Part shown: piece by piece, positions 29,634 through 39,454 of the stretch
Layout of the letters: every line of letters starts with the position of its first letter
Position numbering within the stretch: the stretch's first letter is position 1
From: a virus
Taxonomy: Duplodnaviria > Caudoviricetes
Virus record (IMG/VR): IMGVR_UViG_3300020047_007062
Span: 9,590-73,589 of that record
DNA: 64,000 bases
Reading direction: 5' to 3' (one strand)
Program-made: the position numbers and the translations under genes
Notes under the pieces: generated by a model
The model's database searches: none
Told to the model about the DNA's origin: nothing
Seen by the model: only the letters and a program-made list of their open reading frames with translations

Positions 29634-31985
29634 TTAGACCGCCGCCTGCCCTTCGGGACTTGGGGGCGTCAATAATGTTTGCAAAATTAACAATTCTTGG
29701 CTGTTTTGCAAATCTTTTTGCATTTTTAATAGTTCAATGGCTGCATCCCCCATCTTTTCGGTCTTGATTTCCTCCAACTTGTTGAAATGCTTTTGCTGTT
29801 CCAACATGGCCCCCGCTTGGGCTTTCTGTTGTTCGATGGCCTGTAACTGTTGGCCCTGCAATAACACGGCCTTATCCTTAGCTTCCTGTATCCGCTTTTG
29901 GGTCTTGGCTTCCTCGATACTCAAGTATGCCTGTGCTTCCTTCACGTCACCGTTCTCAAGCATATTCACAATTCGGAAGTATTGGGCATAGGTAATTAGC
30001 GGTTGACCATCCCTGCCCACAGACAAGGCCGCCTGTGCTGACGCCAATACCTGTTGCTTCATCTCCGCTTGGGGGGCCGATACCATGTACATACCCACCT
30101 GTTCGAGGGTTGGCTCATGTTCTGCAAGTGCCTTCACCTTCTTCTCACCCAACACGCCCTCATAGTAAGCCTTAACGTCCTCATTGTATTTCATGGCTGT
30201 CCACGCCCTCAAGGTTGACCCCTTAGCGGACAATTCCTTTAGCTTGGTGAACCCACGGGTCAGTTTGCTGATCGCATTGGCTGTCCCTTGTGCTGCCATA
30301 CGGTTAAGTCCCAATCCCTCGTCGGGGGCCGAGGAACCCGCGAACACCTCCGTCACGCCCGTGAGTTCATACACGAGTTTTAACTGTTGGCTAATGGCTT
30401 CCACGGCTTCCATATAAGCCTTCCCCAATCCCCCTTCGAGTTGTTGGAATGGTTGCCCGTTGGGTATCATCTTGCGCATGTCGGGCTTGATACGGTAGAT
30501 CAAATTACCCGTCTCCCTATACTTGGCAATGAGTTCCCACTCCCCGTACTTGGGGATACCCGTGATGAATTGGATGTCAATGGCGAGGCCCGGCGGGACG
30601 GCTGCTGATATGAAGCTAATCATTTTCAGACACAACCTCTGCAAGGTGTCAAGGGCGGGTATAGCCCTCTCGGTGATACTCATGTTAGCCCCTGTCCTCC
30701 ACAAATGGTAGGACAACATGGCTTTATTCCCCGTCACCCTCTTTTGGTTATGCTGTAACCCGCCATAGGCGAGGAAGTCCCCTGTAATGACGTAACAACC
30801 GTCATAGACTTGGTGGGTATCCACGTTGTACACAATATCCTCCGATGTGATCTCCTCCCCGCTTACGTTCCGCCTCTCAATGGCGTACTCAAATGGAATT
30901 TTGTCACCCCCCTCTTGGTAGTAATTACGGTTGATGGTCACTATCTCAAAGAATAGGACTTGCACTTGGAAGTCGAGGAACCGCCACCCGTTTGTCACGG
31001 GGTCTTTTTCCTTATACCAACTCCACGGTTGGGATTGGATGAATGAGGGTTGTAATGACCAAATGCTATGTGCAAATTCGAGTATCCTCTCCTCTGACCA
31101 CCCATCATTGTGCATGTAGGGGATCAGGTATTGGAAATTCACGATGCTGTAATGGCCCGCGAAGGGCGGGCAGTCGTGGTGGCTCCCCTCGTTAAAATAT
31201 GGGTACACGAGGTTTTCAAGCGGGACGAACTCCACCTTTGCGGCTCCCGTGGTGGGGTCGGAATAGTCGCGGGTACAGGCGGAGTTGGTGGCAATGAGGT
31301 CATAGATGATGCGGTCTCCCTCGTCCTCCCAATTACTGATCTCGAATGTATGTTCGGACAAGTCCTCAATGGCGATCTCCTCCTGCATCCTGTTACCCCC
31401 TATCTTCTCCCATACTTCGAGTTCCTCCATACTGTCGGGGATGAAGTCGGGTTGGGGGGCTATACCGCCCGTGGCGGCCATTGCCTTTGATGTGGCGGCA
31501 ATCATTTCGGGGCGGGTTTCGAACCAAAAAGTAAGTTTCTGCTGTTCCTTCTTCCTTCGGGATTGGTAGGATACCGATTCACATTGTACGCGGTAGTCTG
31601 CGCTCTTGACGAATGTGGCAATGGATTCGGCAATCTTGGACATGGGTGACCAAATATCCCACGACATATTGTTGCCCCCCTCGCGGTCGTATTGTGCCGA
31701 TTTGAGGTCAAGTCCCCGTTGGGGGTCGGATGAGGGGAGTGGGTTTTGACCCGTGCGGGCGGTTTCTTTTCGCCCGTTCCACTTCATGTATTGTTGTTTG
31801 TCCTGCCGCCCGTTGGTGTAGTTTTTAAGGCGGATTATTTCGGCTTTGGAGAAGGCCCCGTATGTGGTTGCCCCCGCTTGGCTGTATGCCGATATTGCGC
31901 GGCCCACCTTGAGGAGCCATGACTTATTTTTCTTCGCGGGATCAATCAGATCGGGCGGGAAGATGCTGCCTGTTGCTATTGCCAT
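29634..31985 (-). CDS. portal protein
   Basis: ~783 aa; FP..L.....K.K.WLL, Y..GRQD..QY motifs; Gln-rich helical C-terminus; start set at ATG 31985 behind the promoter 31990-31997. Confidence 0.82.
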   Translation of the reverse strand: MAIATGSIFPPDLIDPAKKNKSWLLKVGRAISAYSQAGATTYGAFSKAEIIRLKNYTNGRQDKQQYMKWNGRKETARTGQNPLPSSDPQRGLDLKSAQYDREGGNNMSWDIWSPMSKIAESIATFVKSADYRVQCESVSYQSRRKKEQQKLTFWFETRPEMIAATSKAMAATGGIAPQPDFIPDSMEELEVWEKIGGNRMQEEIAIEDLSEHTFEISNWEDEGDRIIYDLIATNSACTRDYSDPTTGAAKVEFVPLENLVYPYFNEGSHHDCPPFAGHYSIVNFQYLIPYMHNDGWSEERILEFAHSIWSLQPSFIQSQPWSWYKEKDPVTNGWRFLDFQVQVLFFEIVTINRNYYQEGGDKIPFEYAIERRNVSGEEITSEDIVYNVDTHQVYDGCYVITGDFLAYGGLQHNQKRVTGNKAMLSYHLWRTGANMSITERAIPALDTLQRLCLKMISFISAAVPPGLAIDIQFITGIPKYGEWELIAKYRETGNLIYRIKPDMRKMIPNGQPFQQLEGGLGKAYMEAVEAISQQLKLVYELTGVTEVFAGSSAPDEGLGLNRMAAQGTANAISKLTRGFTKLKELSAKGSTLRAWTAMKYNEDVKAYYEGVLGEKKVKALAEHEPTLEQVGMYMVSAPQAEMKQQVLASAQAALSVGRDGQPLITYAQYFRIVNMLENGDVKEAQAYLSIEEAKTQKRIQEAKDKAVLLQGQQLQAIEQQKAQAGAMLEQQKHFNKLEEIKTEKMGDAAIELLKMQKDLQNSQELLILQTLLTPPSPEGQAAV

Positions 31986-32223
31986 AACGCAAAGGTATAG
32001 CGAACGGGGCATTTAACAATATTTGACAGTTATTAAAATCCACATAACAGCGTGGTGACTAACGTGCTTCACCACACTGCCTAACTCTCCCGCACCTGCG
32101 GGTTAAGAAACATAACCGCCTTGCACGAAACGGTTAAGCGTGGAATTGGCTTGTACTTCGCCAATGTTTTGAAAAAAAGCAACATTACATTCTGTATCGG
32201 AGAGTTCGTTCATTAGTAAAACA

Positions 32224-32451
32224 CTACGACAGCCATGCGTCGAGTAAATCTTTGACATCTCTGTGCATATTGCGCCACATGTGAACACACATGTGTACGG
32301 CTTGGTATTTCACCAAGCATATTCGGTATTCCTCCATTAAATTGTGAGCCTTGTAGAATACTAATTGCTCATCAAGACTTCTTATCTCCGCTTCATACTT
32401 TGAAATTTGCTCATCGTAGTCGTCGAGTATTTCTTTCAATTTGTCTTCCAT
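32224..32451 (-). CDS. hypothetical accessory protein
   Basis: 75-aa coiled-coil-like ORF in an AT-rich insert. Confidence 0.55.
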   Translation of the reverse strand: MEDKLKEILDDYDEQISKYEAEIRSLDEQLVFYKAHNLMEEYRICLVKYQAVHMCVHMWRNMHRDVKDLLDAWLS

Positions 32452-32527
32452 CTAATTCTGTTTATTACTTTTTTGTAATTTTCGTCAAAGGTTAAACTTT
32501 CTTCATGTAATACATTGCCAATAAACG

Positions 32528-32764
32528 TTAAAGACCTAATTTGGTTTTCCTCAACTCATCTATCCGCTTTTGAAGTGCGGCCACATTATACTCGCAAGAT
32601 GGAGTGTAATGCGGTATATGTTTGAGGCTTGCTTCTAACTCCCCGTCAGCCAATTTGGTTACTACAATGATGCTTCCACCATGACCATCATCGGTCATTG
32701 ATGCAGATTGCCCCCGATTAGACCAAAAAAGTCTTAGTCTGTTTGATTGATTTTCTTTTTCCAT
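32528..32764 (-). CDS. hypothetical accessory protein
   Basis: ATG 32764 (MEKENQ), 12 bp after the terminase stop. Confidence 0.55.
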   Translation of the reverse strand: MEKENQSNRLRLFWSNRGQSASMTDDGHGGSIIVVTKLADGELEASLKHIPHYTPSCEYNVAALQKRIDELRKTKLGL

Positions 32765-32775
32765 ATCCTTATTTA

Positions 32776-35178
32776 TTAAAGCATCTCCATCCACGTATAA
32801 TCTTCTCCCTCTGCGGTGTCCGCCATGTCGTAACGTTGTGACAAAACCTCCAAATGTGTACCCGCATAATACGCAAGGCAACTCGCTGTAAACAAGTCGT
32901 GGTCGGTCATGTAACTATGATGCCCCACATTCAGCGCATCCTCCAACACTTCGGGTATCTTACACCTGTCCGTATTGTGGGTAAGGAAATTCCCAAAGTG
33001 GAGGAACAAACGTTCACCCACGTTCCCCACATTACTTATCCCCGACAATACCTTCACCTTACCCGTTTCGGGGTCTTTCAGGTGCAGCAAATACCCACCA
33101 TACCCCCACTCCTTAAAGTTCCTGTCGAAGTCGGGGATGTTATTCTCCCCGAACAATAATGCCCCAAACAAGATGCAAGCCTTTAATGCCTCCTCGTGGG
33201 CATCGTCGGTCGTTTCGGGCCTCCCCAAATAGGCCCATACCATATCGTCACTCACCCAATCCTTCCTCTCCCTGTCCCCGTCCAAAATGGGGTCGAAGCA
33301 GTAATAGATAGTAAGCCCCTGATCGGAACCACCACCCCCCGACTGTTCATCACGGTTAAGCCTGAACGGGTCGAGGCCCGCATAGAAATTCCCGATCACT
33401 TCGGGCGCGGGGCCATTCATCTCATACAAGTGGCTATACTGTACCCTATTCTGCTTCGACGTGGGCGGCAAGTAGGAACCAATGTGAAGGCCATTAGGGT
33501 CGGGGACTGCCACCACCTTCCCGAACTTGACACCACCTATCCAATCGAGGCGATACCTGTGCCACGGCTTATCCGTCCCCTTCAATGATCGCAAATAGCT
33601 AATCCTGTCTTGGATGTCATTGACGTTGTATGACGATTCACTCACGTTCTTCCTGAACAAGTCCTGCCACTCCATCGGGTGATCGAGGACGAACTTATTT
33701 AAGTCCCTCCATTGCTTCTTCTTGGTCATGTCGTCAATGCGGTTCTTGATAAAGGTCTTGGCCCCTATCCCGATCATCCTCCCGTCAATCCCCTCCACGG
33801 GCGCGGGCGGGTCGTCAATGACGGGATCACCATACTTGTCCACATAATTCTCCAAACAATAGTACGCGGGGAAAAAGAGGTTCATCATACCCGTGGTCGT
33901 CTGACCATTGGCATCCCTGTCCTCCCAATGCGACCCCTGTGCGAACTGTTGGAACCTGCGGCCCCCACCGTCGAACTCCCCCACGGTGGAAATCCCGATC
34001 ATAAGGCCAATGATGTTGGAGCCCGCCCCCGTCGCCATTGCGGGTTTAATGATGTTGATACGCTGTACCACGTCCGCCAAATTCTCCTTCCACAACTCAT
34101 CCTGCACCACCACATGGAGTTTGTCCCCGTCGAAGGCCGATTCCTTACCACTTTCGGGCGTGAACCACCCATTGAGGGGTTCTATGTCCGTCCTCCGCCC
34201 CTTCTTACTGCCGGGGAATTGGTAGTTGAGGCCCGACTTGGGTGTGTCCATCCCGTCGTGGATGGGGCGTAGCCAAAAGGGGAGGGATTGCCACGGTTTG
34301 ATGAACTTGTCCGAATACGCCCTCATTGCGCTGTCAAGGTTCTTGGACTGCACACCCCCGAACCGTTCCCTCTGTTGGGACACAATACTGTCAGCGATGG
34401 ACATGGAACCGAAGGTGGCGAGGGTACGCCTGTGCTTGGGGTTGTTGACCCCGTAGAACGCCCTGCGCTCCCCTTTGAGTATCCATGTACCTTCCTCGGC
34501 AACCCCACCAATGACGTCGGCAAACTCCGTGCAATCCACGGCGTTGTTGAAGTATTGGTACTTGATTTGTCCCTTGTCAAAATAGACAACCCTGTGCTTG
34601 CGTGGTATGTCGGTCGTTGTGTATGCGTATTCGATGGCTAAGAACCAATCGCGCAACCTGCGGTTATAGAAGGGCAATCCATGACGGTTGTTCTTGGCGT
34701 CATTCCCCACGGGCCAATAGTTCAAAGTCTTGTAACACCACCCATTCATGTAGGTGGGCTTACCCTTGCTGAACCACCAATACCCAGCCCTGCACCGTTT
34801 GATCTCACGCTGAATCCACAACATCTCCCTGCGGTAGCGGATGGGGTTTCCGAGTAGTTCGGCCCACCTGTCCTCGTCGGTGATCTTGTCGAATGTCTTG
34901 TCGTTGCGGGACTTCTTCTTGGCCCGAATTAACTTGTCAAGTTCCCTCAATGACTGTGGCATTTCCGTGTACCGAAAGAATTGTTCTTCGGGGGGTAGGC
35001 CATAGTTGGGAATCTTGGTTATGTCGTCGGGGCAGGGGGGTAGTGGAATCTCGATTGGGTGCAATGCGGCATCGCCCCAATTATGAATCCAAATGGAGGT
35101 ATCGGCGGGTTCGTATTGGTACGGGTGCTTACTCAACGATGCACCAATCTTCGGCAAGAATATCGGTTTGTGAGGCAA
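32776..35178 (-). CDS. terL: terminase large subunit
   Basis: Walker B VVVQDE, motif III ISTVG, C-terminal RNase H-like GLDP/ENN; true start may be TTG at 35136. Confidence 0.85.
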   Translation of the reverse strand: MPHKPIFLPKIGASLSKHPYQYEPADTSIWIHNWGDAALHPIEIPLPPCPDDITKIPNYGLPPEEQFFRYTEMPQSLRELDKLIRAKKKSRNDKTFDKITDEDRWAELLGNPIRYRREMLWIQREIKRCRAGYWWFSKGKPTYMNGWCYKTLNYWPVGNDAKNNRHGLPFYNRRLRDWFLAIEYAYTTTDIPRKHRVVYFDKGQIKYQYFNNAVDCTEFADVIGGVAEEGTWILKGERRAFYGVNNPKHRRTLATFGSMSIADSIVSQQRERFGGVQSKNLDSAMRAYSDKFIKPWQSLPFWLRPIHDGMDTPKSGLNYQFPGSKKGRRTDIEPLNGWFTPESGKESAFDGDKLHVVVQDELWKENLADVVQRINIIKPAMATGAGSNIIGLMIGISTVGEFDGGGRRFQQFAQGSHWEDRDANGQTTTGMMNLFFPAYYCLENYVDKYGDPVIDDPPAPVEGIDGRMIGIGAKTFIKNRIDDMTKKKQWRDLNKFVLDHPMEWQDLFRKNVSESSYNVNDIQDRISYLRSLKGTDKPWHRYRLDWIGGVKFGKVVAVPDPNGLHIGSYLPPTSKQNRVQYSHLYEMNGPAPEVIGNFYAGLDPFRLNRDEQSGGGGSDQGLTIYYCFDPILDGDRERKDWVSDDMVWAYLGRPETTDDAHEEALKACILFGALLFGENNIPDFDRNFKEWGYGGYLLHLKDPETGKVKVLSGISNVGNVGERLFLHFGNFLTHNTDRCKIPEVLEDALNVGHHSYMTDHDLFTASCLAYYAGTHLEVLSQRYDMADTAEGEDYTWMEML

Positions 35179-35383
35179 GCCATGGAACGCGATTTTTTGG
35201 CGCCTTGTCGTTGTTGGTAATCAGCCCTGTTGTATCAATGAATATGTAAGGATGTGTCATCTTTGAATGTTCATCAGGGACTTGCAACTCAATAAAAATA
35301 CCCTTTCCGTTCCAACCCTCACGGGCCACTTTTTTGCCTTCTTTCAGCGCGGCAACTGCTTCTCCAAAATTCATGTTTGACAT
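35129..35383 (-). CDS. DUF2829 protein, Tad2-like anti-defence sponge
   Basis: MNFGEA...LKEGKKVAR.GWNGKG...W.ASQTD.LAEDW is the DUF2829 signature. Confidence 0.8.
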   Translation of the reverse strand: MSNMNFGEAVAALKEGKKVAREGWNGKGIFIELQVPDEHSKMTHPYIFIDTTGLITNNDKAPKNRVPWLASQTDILAEDWCIVE

Positions 35384-35404
35384 TGTATTACTGATTTATG
35401 TTGG

Positions 35405-36109
35405 TTACAAATTATCCAATTCGGGGTCTGCCAATATGCTCACCTCCGCCAAAGGGTCAATCCCCTTAGCCAACTGCGCGGCTATCTCCTCTGGTCGCAA
35501 ACCCAAATTCTCATTAACAACTAACGCCATTAGCGTCTCCTCAATCAACTTCGACGTATCCCCCCTGAACAGTTGGTTCTTAACCTCCACGATGTTGTTC
35601 ATAAGCCCCTTCATCCTGTCCTGACGGCTCTTAGCCTCCCTCTCGTCACTCGGTATCTCACTCTCCTCCAACGCCACAAGTTCGGCCTCCAACTGTTTGA
35701 GTACCCGATAAAATTCGTTGTACTGCAAACGTAAGAACAATACCCTCCGAATACGGAACATGGGACTTTTGTGTGTCGCCACACCCAACATGCCCGTACT
35801 CACCGACTTCACCCCCAACTGTTTCAACGCCCACGCCTTCTTCTCGGCGGGGTCGGGTATATTGTCGGCCGGAGTTCCCGGCGCGTCCGTCAATATCAAA
35901 TACCTAAGCACAAAGTCACAGGGGTCATACCCCTCCGGCAATCCGTCTATCTCTATGGGGTATCCCATGAATTGCGACCTATGCGCACTAAGGTCGGGGA
36001 AACGGTCAATGACCGCCACCGTGGGGGGTACCCCGTCAATCCTGTACTTAATCCTCGACCAATCAATTATCTCCATACTCCAATCACATTTTGGGGTGAA
36101 CAATACCAC
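35405..36109 (-). CDS. hypothetical protein (possible terminase small subunit)
   Basis: 234 aa with a coiled coil, upstream of terL; function inferred from position only. Confidence 0.4.
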   Translation of the reverse strand: MVLFTPKCDWSMEIIDWSRIKYRIDGVPPTVAVIDRFPDLSAHRSQFMGYPIEIDGLPEGYDPCDFVLRYLILTDAPGTPADNIPDPAEKKAWALKQLGVKSVSTGMLGVATHKSPMFRIRRVLFLRLQYNEFYRVLKQLEAELVALEESEIPSDEREAKSRQDRMKGLMNNIVEVKNQLFRGDTSKLIEETLMALVVNENLGLRPEEIAAQLAKGIDPLAEVSILADPELDNL

Positions 36110-36699
36110 AAATCCTTTGTCCTCACCTCTGTGTATTCAAGTTCGTGGGGCTTAACCCGAACAATTACATTCTCCCCCGTCTTGGCCCATCCGATGTCGT
36201 GTATCAAACTCCCCGTCCACGATGTCGTCTTCCCCGTCATGTTCTGAATGATACCGTCAAAGAAAATGTACCCGTTGAGGGGGGCGAAATCCCCGTCCCT
36301 CTCCCTCGCTACAATTTCTTGGTGGCGTACTGCCATGAGGAACTTACCCTCCGACCACAATGCCATATTCTTTTGGCTCCCCACGTTGGTTTGGCCCATT
36401 GCGAAGAAGGACGTGTAGTTCTTCATCCACACCTTGTCTCCCTTTTGGATGTCCCCCGATGGGTCGTACCCATATCCTTTGCTCATTGGTTTCCCGACGG
36501 AGTGGACGGTGGCCGTGTAGGGGGCGCGGCGTTCCACCCCGAATTGGTGGGCCTCTATGACCGTATGACCTAAGTCAATGTGATCCCAATGGTAGGTGGG
36601 TTCCACGAGGACGTACCCGTTCCCTGCCTCCGCTGATAGCACTTCGGGTTCGGTCAGGCGCACACCCGTCCTATATGTCCGTTTGGGGTCATACGCCAT
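36067..36699 (-). CDS. tandem GroES-like domain protein
   Basis: GYVLVEP, IQKGDKVW, FLMAVRHQEIVA, then PLNGYIF...KTGENVIV. Confidence 0.55.
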   Translation of the reverse strand: MAYDPKRTYRTGVRLTEPEVLSAEAGNGYVLVEPTYHWDHIDLGHTVIEAHQFGVERRAPYTATVHSVGKPMSKGYGYDPSGDIQKGDKVWMKNYTSFFAMGQTNVGSQKNMALWSEGKFLMAVRHQEIVARERDGDFAPLNGYIFFDGIIQNMTGKTTSWTGSLIHDIGWAKTGENVIVRVKPHELEYTEVRTKDLWYCSPQNVIGVWR

Positions 36700-37003
36700 G
36701 ATTCTTGAAGTAGTTGTTTATGTGGCGGAGTAGGGGTGCTTTCTTGGCTTCGGCCATTGTGTAATTCCGAACAATATTGGTTATGTCCACGTTGATGTCT
36801 TCGAGGACACCCGCCTCGAATTTGATTTGGTGGGGCAATACCATGTAGGAACGGCCCGTTTTGACATCCTCGACAATCGCTTTGGTTATCACCACTACCC
36901 CATTGGGGGTGTGTTCAATGGCTGTCCCCCACGCGTGGAATACCCCCTTGTGGTTGCGGGAGGCGCCCGCTTCTTCGTTAAGGGCGAAATAGATTGATCT
37001 CAT
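36689..37003 (-). CDS. hypothetical protein
   Basis: 104-aa coupled ORF. Confidence 0.6.
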   Translation of the reverse strand: MRSIYFALNEEAGASRNHKGVFHAWGTAIEHTPNGVVVITKAIVEDVKTGRSYMVLPHQIKFEAGVLEDINVDITNIVRNYTMAEAKKAPLLRHINNYFKNHGV

Positions 37004-37251
37004 ACGCGGCGGATTACAAAGTAGTTTTCCCCCGTCTCGTCCACTATGGCCTTGATGCTGATCTTGATGTCGAGGCCCGTCAGTTTGTTGTAACGGCGGA
37101 GGGCGCTGTACACCTTCTGACGTACCTTTTCCTTGTTCTTGGTGTCATAGGTAGCCACGGCGTAATGGTCGGGGTCTGTCATGGCCCCGAAGTTAATGAT
37201 GAGGTCGTCAATGGGTGTCTTCCCCTTGCGTATCTCAAGTTGTGTGGCCAT
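37000..37251 (-). CDS. hypothetical protein
   Basis: 83-aa coupled ORF. Confidence 0.6.
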   Translation of the reverse strand: MATQLEIRKGKTPIDDLIINFGAMTDPDHYAVATYDTKNKEKVRQKVYSALRRYNKLTGLDIKISIKAIVDETGENYFVIRRV

Positions 37252-37468
37252 GAATATCCTCCTTTTTTATGATGTGGTAACGGGCCGTGTCGGTCATTAC
37301 CTTACTCCCTGACCTCGGTTGGAATAGGATGGGTTGGTTGAGTTCCACTTCCGTCACGTCATCCCCGATGGTGATTACTATCCCACGTAGTACGGTGCGG
37401 CTTGTTTTCTCCGCATAAATGTCGTCATAGAGGACAACGATGTGGTCGGGGGCGGGAACTATTGTCAT
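37235..37468 (-). CDS. groES: GroES-like co-chaperonin (short)
   Basis: IVPAPDHIVV...RGIVITIGDDVTEVELNQPILF...YHIIKKEDI; coupled to GroEL. Confidence 0.65.
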   Translation of the reverse strand: MTIVPAPDHIVVLYDDIYAEKTSRTVLRGIVITIGDDVTEVELNQPILFQPRSGSKVMTDTARYHIIKKEDIHGHTT

Positions 37469-39024
37469 ATCGCCTCTGAATTGCTTAGGAATGTACCCGT
37501 CATGGCGAGGTGTACCCCCGCTGTCACCGCGTTGGTTACCGCTTCCCTCAACACCTTCGAGGGGTCATAAATGCCTTCTTCCTCGTACTTGGCCCTCAGC
37601 GCGGTCACGTCCCCGTCACCCTTGATCTTAATCAATGGTTGGATGAGGGCCGCCGCGAGGATATTCTCCCCCACCGTTTTTGGTTCATTGAGGCAGTCGG
37701 CATAGCCGATACCACCACCAATCACATACCCTTCCTCGATGGCACATTGTACCGCTTTGATGGCGTCATCCACCCTGTCGAACTTCTCCCCCGCTTCCGT
37801 TTGGGAATTGGCCCCGATCTTCACCACGGCAACACCCACGGTCAGGCGGGCAACCCTCTCTTTGAGGCGGGCCTTCCGTTCAATGTCCGTCTCTACTTCG
37901 TAAGCCGCTTGGAGTTCGGCGATGCGGTCGGTTAGTTTCTGATTGGGGTTAAATTGGAATATGGCGTGGTCTTTTGTGACCGTCACCTTCTTGATGTTAC
38001 CCAAATAGGATGCCCCCGATGCGTCCACGGTTCGGCCCGACTTGGTTCCAAACACAACGGTATCACAAGCATGGGCAATGTCCTCCAACACTTCCGCATT
38101 ACCCTCCCCACACTCGATAGCCACGATGGGCGCCCCCTTCTCTGCCTTAGTCATCCTCCATTGGTTGTTATTCCCGATGAGGGCCGCAGGGGTATTCCCG
38201 TTAATGACGGGTGCTATGTACAGGATTGGGACGATCATCTTCTTTGAGATGTCAACCCGCGAACGGGAAATGAGTTTCTCAATCCCCTCGCTGTACGAAA
38301 CGGTATCCCCATGTATGCAGACGAGGGCTTGTTCGTATTCTGCCACGCCCCGCGAGGGGTCAGTAATCATGGATGGGTCGAGGAATCCCCACGGCATACG
38401 GGCGCCATTAACCACTTCGAGGCACGTTTTATCCCCGTACTCCGCCATGACGTGTCCACGGTATTCTACGGCCTTGTATGCGTCCACAATGAGGGATGCA
38501 AGCTCCTTGTCCCCATTGGTTGACACGACTGCCACCTTCATAAGGTCATCCCCTTCGAGATCAACGGGTTTTGATAATTCCGACAAATTCTTTTTGAATA
38601 CTTCCAATGCGCCGAAGATGCCGCGCTTGAGTTCCGAACCGCTCATTACATACTCAGGCCTCTCAACGGACGGGTGCTTACCCATTGCGATGAGGCATTG
38701 TTCGTAGATGTAGGCGGCCATTATGACCGTTGAGGTAGTCCCGTCCCCCGCCTTGCGGAGGGTTTGCATGGATGCCTCGCGTATGATTTCCACCCCGATG
38801 GCTTGTCCCGCCGTTTCGCCCTTGACGAACTTAGCGACGGTAACACCGTCTTTGGTAAGCATGGTCACATGGCCATTGGCCCCACGGGGGTCAGCGATGC
38901 GGATTGCCACGAGTTCCCCACGGGGGCCGAGGGTAGAACCGACGTGGTTATTGATTAGGTTAACTCCCGCGAGGATTTCCGAAACGGCTTCCCCACCTGT
39001 TTTCTGACGGTAAATGATTGGCAT
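37465..39024 (-). CDS. groEL: phage-encoded GroEL chaperonin
   Basis: TLGPRG, TKDGVTVAK, AGDGTTS, ERVARLTVGVAVVKIGA, GIYDPSKV; no GGM tail. Confidence 0.95.
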   Translation of the reverse strand: MPIIYRQKTGGEAVSEILAGVNLINNHVGSTLGPRGELVAIRIADPRGANGHVTMLTKDGVTVAKFVKGETAGQAIGVEIIREASMQTLRKAGDGTTSTVIMAAYIYEQCLIAMGKHPSVERPEYVMSGSELKRGIFGALEVFKKNLSELSKPVDLEGDDLMKVAVVSTNGDKELASLIVDAYKAVEYRGHVMAEYGDKTCLEVVNGARMPWGFLDPSMITDPSRGVAEYEQALVCIHGDTVSYSEGIEKLISRSRVDISKKMIVPILYIAPVINGNTPAALIGNNNQWRMTKAEKGAPIVAIECGEGNAEVLEDIAHACDTVVFGTKSGRTVDASGASYLGNIKKVTVTKDHAIFQFNPNQKLTDRIAELQAAYEVETDIERKARLKERVARLTVGVAVVKIGANSQTEAGEKFDRVDDAIKAVQCAIEEGYVIGGGIGYADCLNEPKTVGENILAAALIQPLIKIKGDGDVTALRAKYEEEGIYDPSKVLREAVTNAVTAGVHLAMTGTFLSNSEAI

Positions 39025-39037
39025 AATTTGTTTTTGG

Positions 39038-39069
39038 CAAATTTACGCCTGTTTTTGTCATTTTGCAAA
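39038..39069 (-). promoter_or_regulatory. promoter of the GroEL-terminase operon
   Basis: TTTG 39066-39069, 20-bp spacer, TAAATTTG 39038-39045. Confidence 0.75.
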
Positions 39070-39176
39070 TTTTAACTACCGCAATTTATTAGATGATATG
39101 GATGAATAAATAAACGCAAGTGTTATTTTGGTGATTATTAGGTTTTTGACTTTGTGAAGTTGCGCCTATCTGCGAG

Positions 39177-39389
39177 TTATACGCAATTTGGAAACCGTTC
39201 CACAAATGCTTTCAGTATCTTAGGTAAATCAATTTCATAAATCATTGTGTACTCTTGTTCACCTTGTTCTTTTTGAAACTTCTGTGTTTTCCACCATTTC
39301 CATATTTCAACATTATCAGGAAAACTGCGTATAACATCGGTTTTGTGCAATGCCGAGTTCTGTGCTTCATTCAAATTTTGTTCTTTCAT
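39177..39389 (-). CDS. cassette-borne hypothetical protein
   Basis: 70 aa; the start lies within the hairpin loop and both 10-bp boxes are coding. Confidence 0.65.
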   Translation of the reverse strand: MKEQNLNEAQNSALHKTDVIRSFPDNVEIWKWWKTQKFQKEQGEQEYTMIYEIDLPKILKAFVERFPNCV

Positions 39390-39454
39390 TTTACTTTAGT
39401 TTTAAATTAAACATTTGTGCATTTTAATTCGGCACTGCACAAAGCCGAGAACCG
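39177..39454. mobile_element. integron-like gene cassette B
   Basis: G|TTATACGCA (39176-39185) is the exact reverse complement of TGCGTATAAC (39326-39335); 20-bp arms 39337-39356 and 39429-39448 (18/20); G|TTACCC at 39454. Confidence 0.75.

Noticed and set aside
6274-38958. Many plus-strand ORFs of 60-220 aa over the structural module
   Set aside because: Antisense shadows of long minus-strand genes, with no motifs
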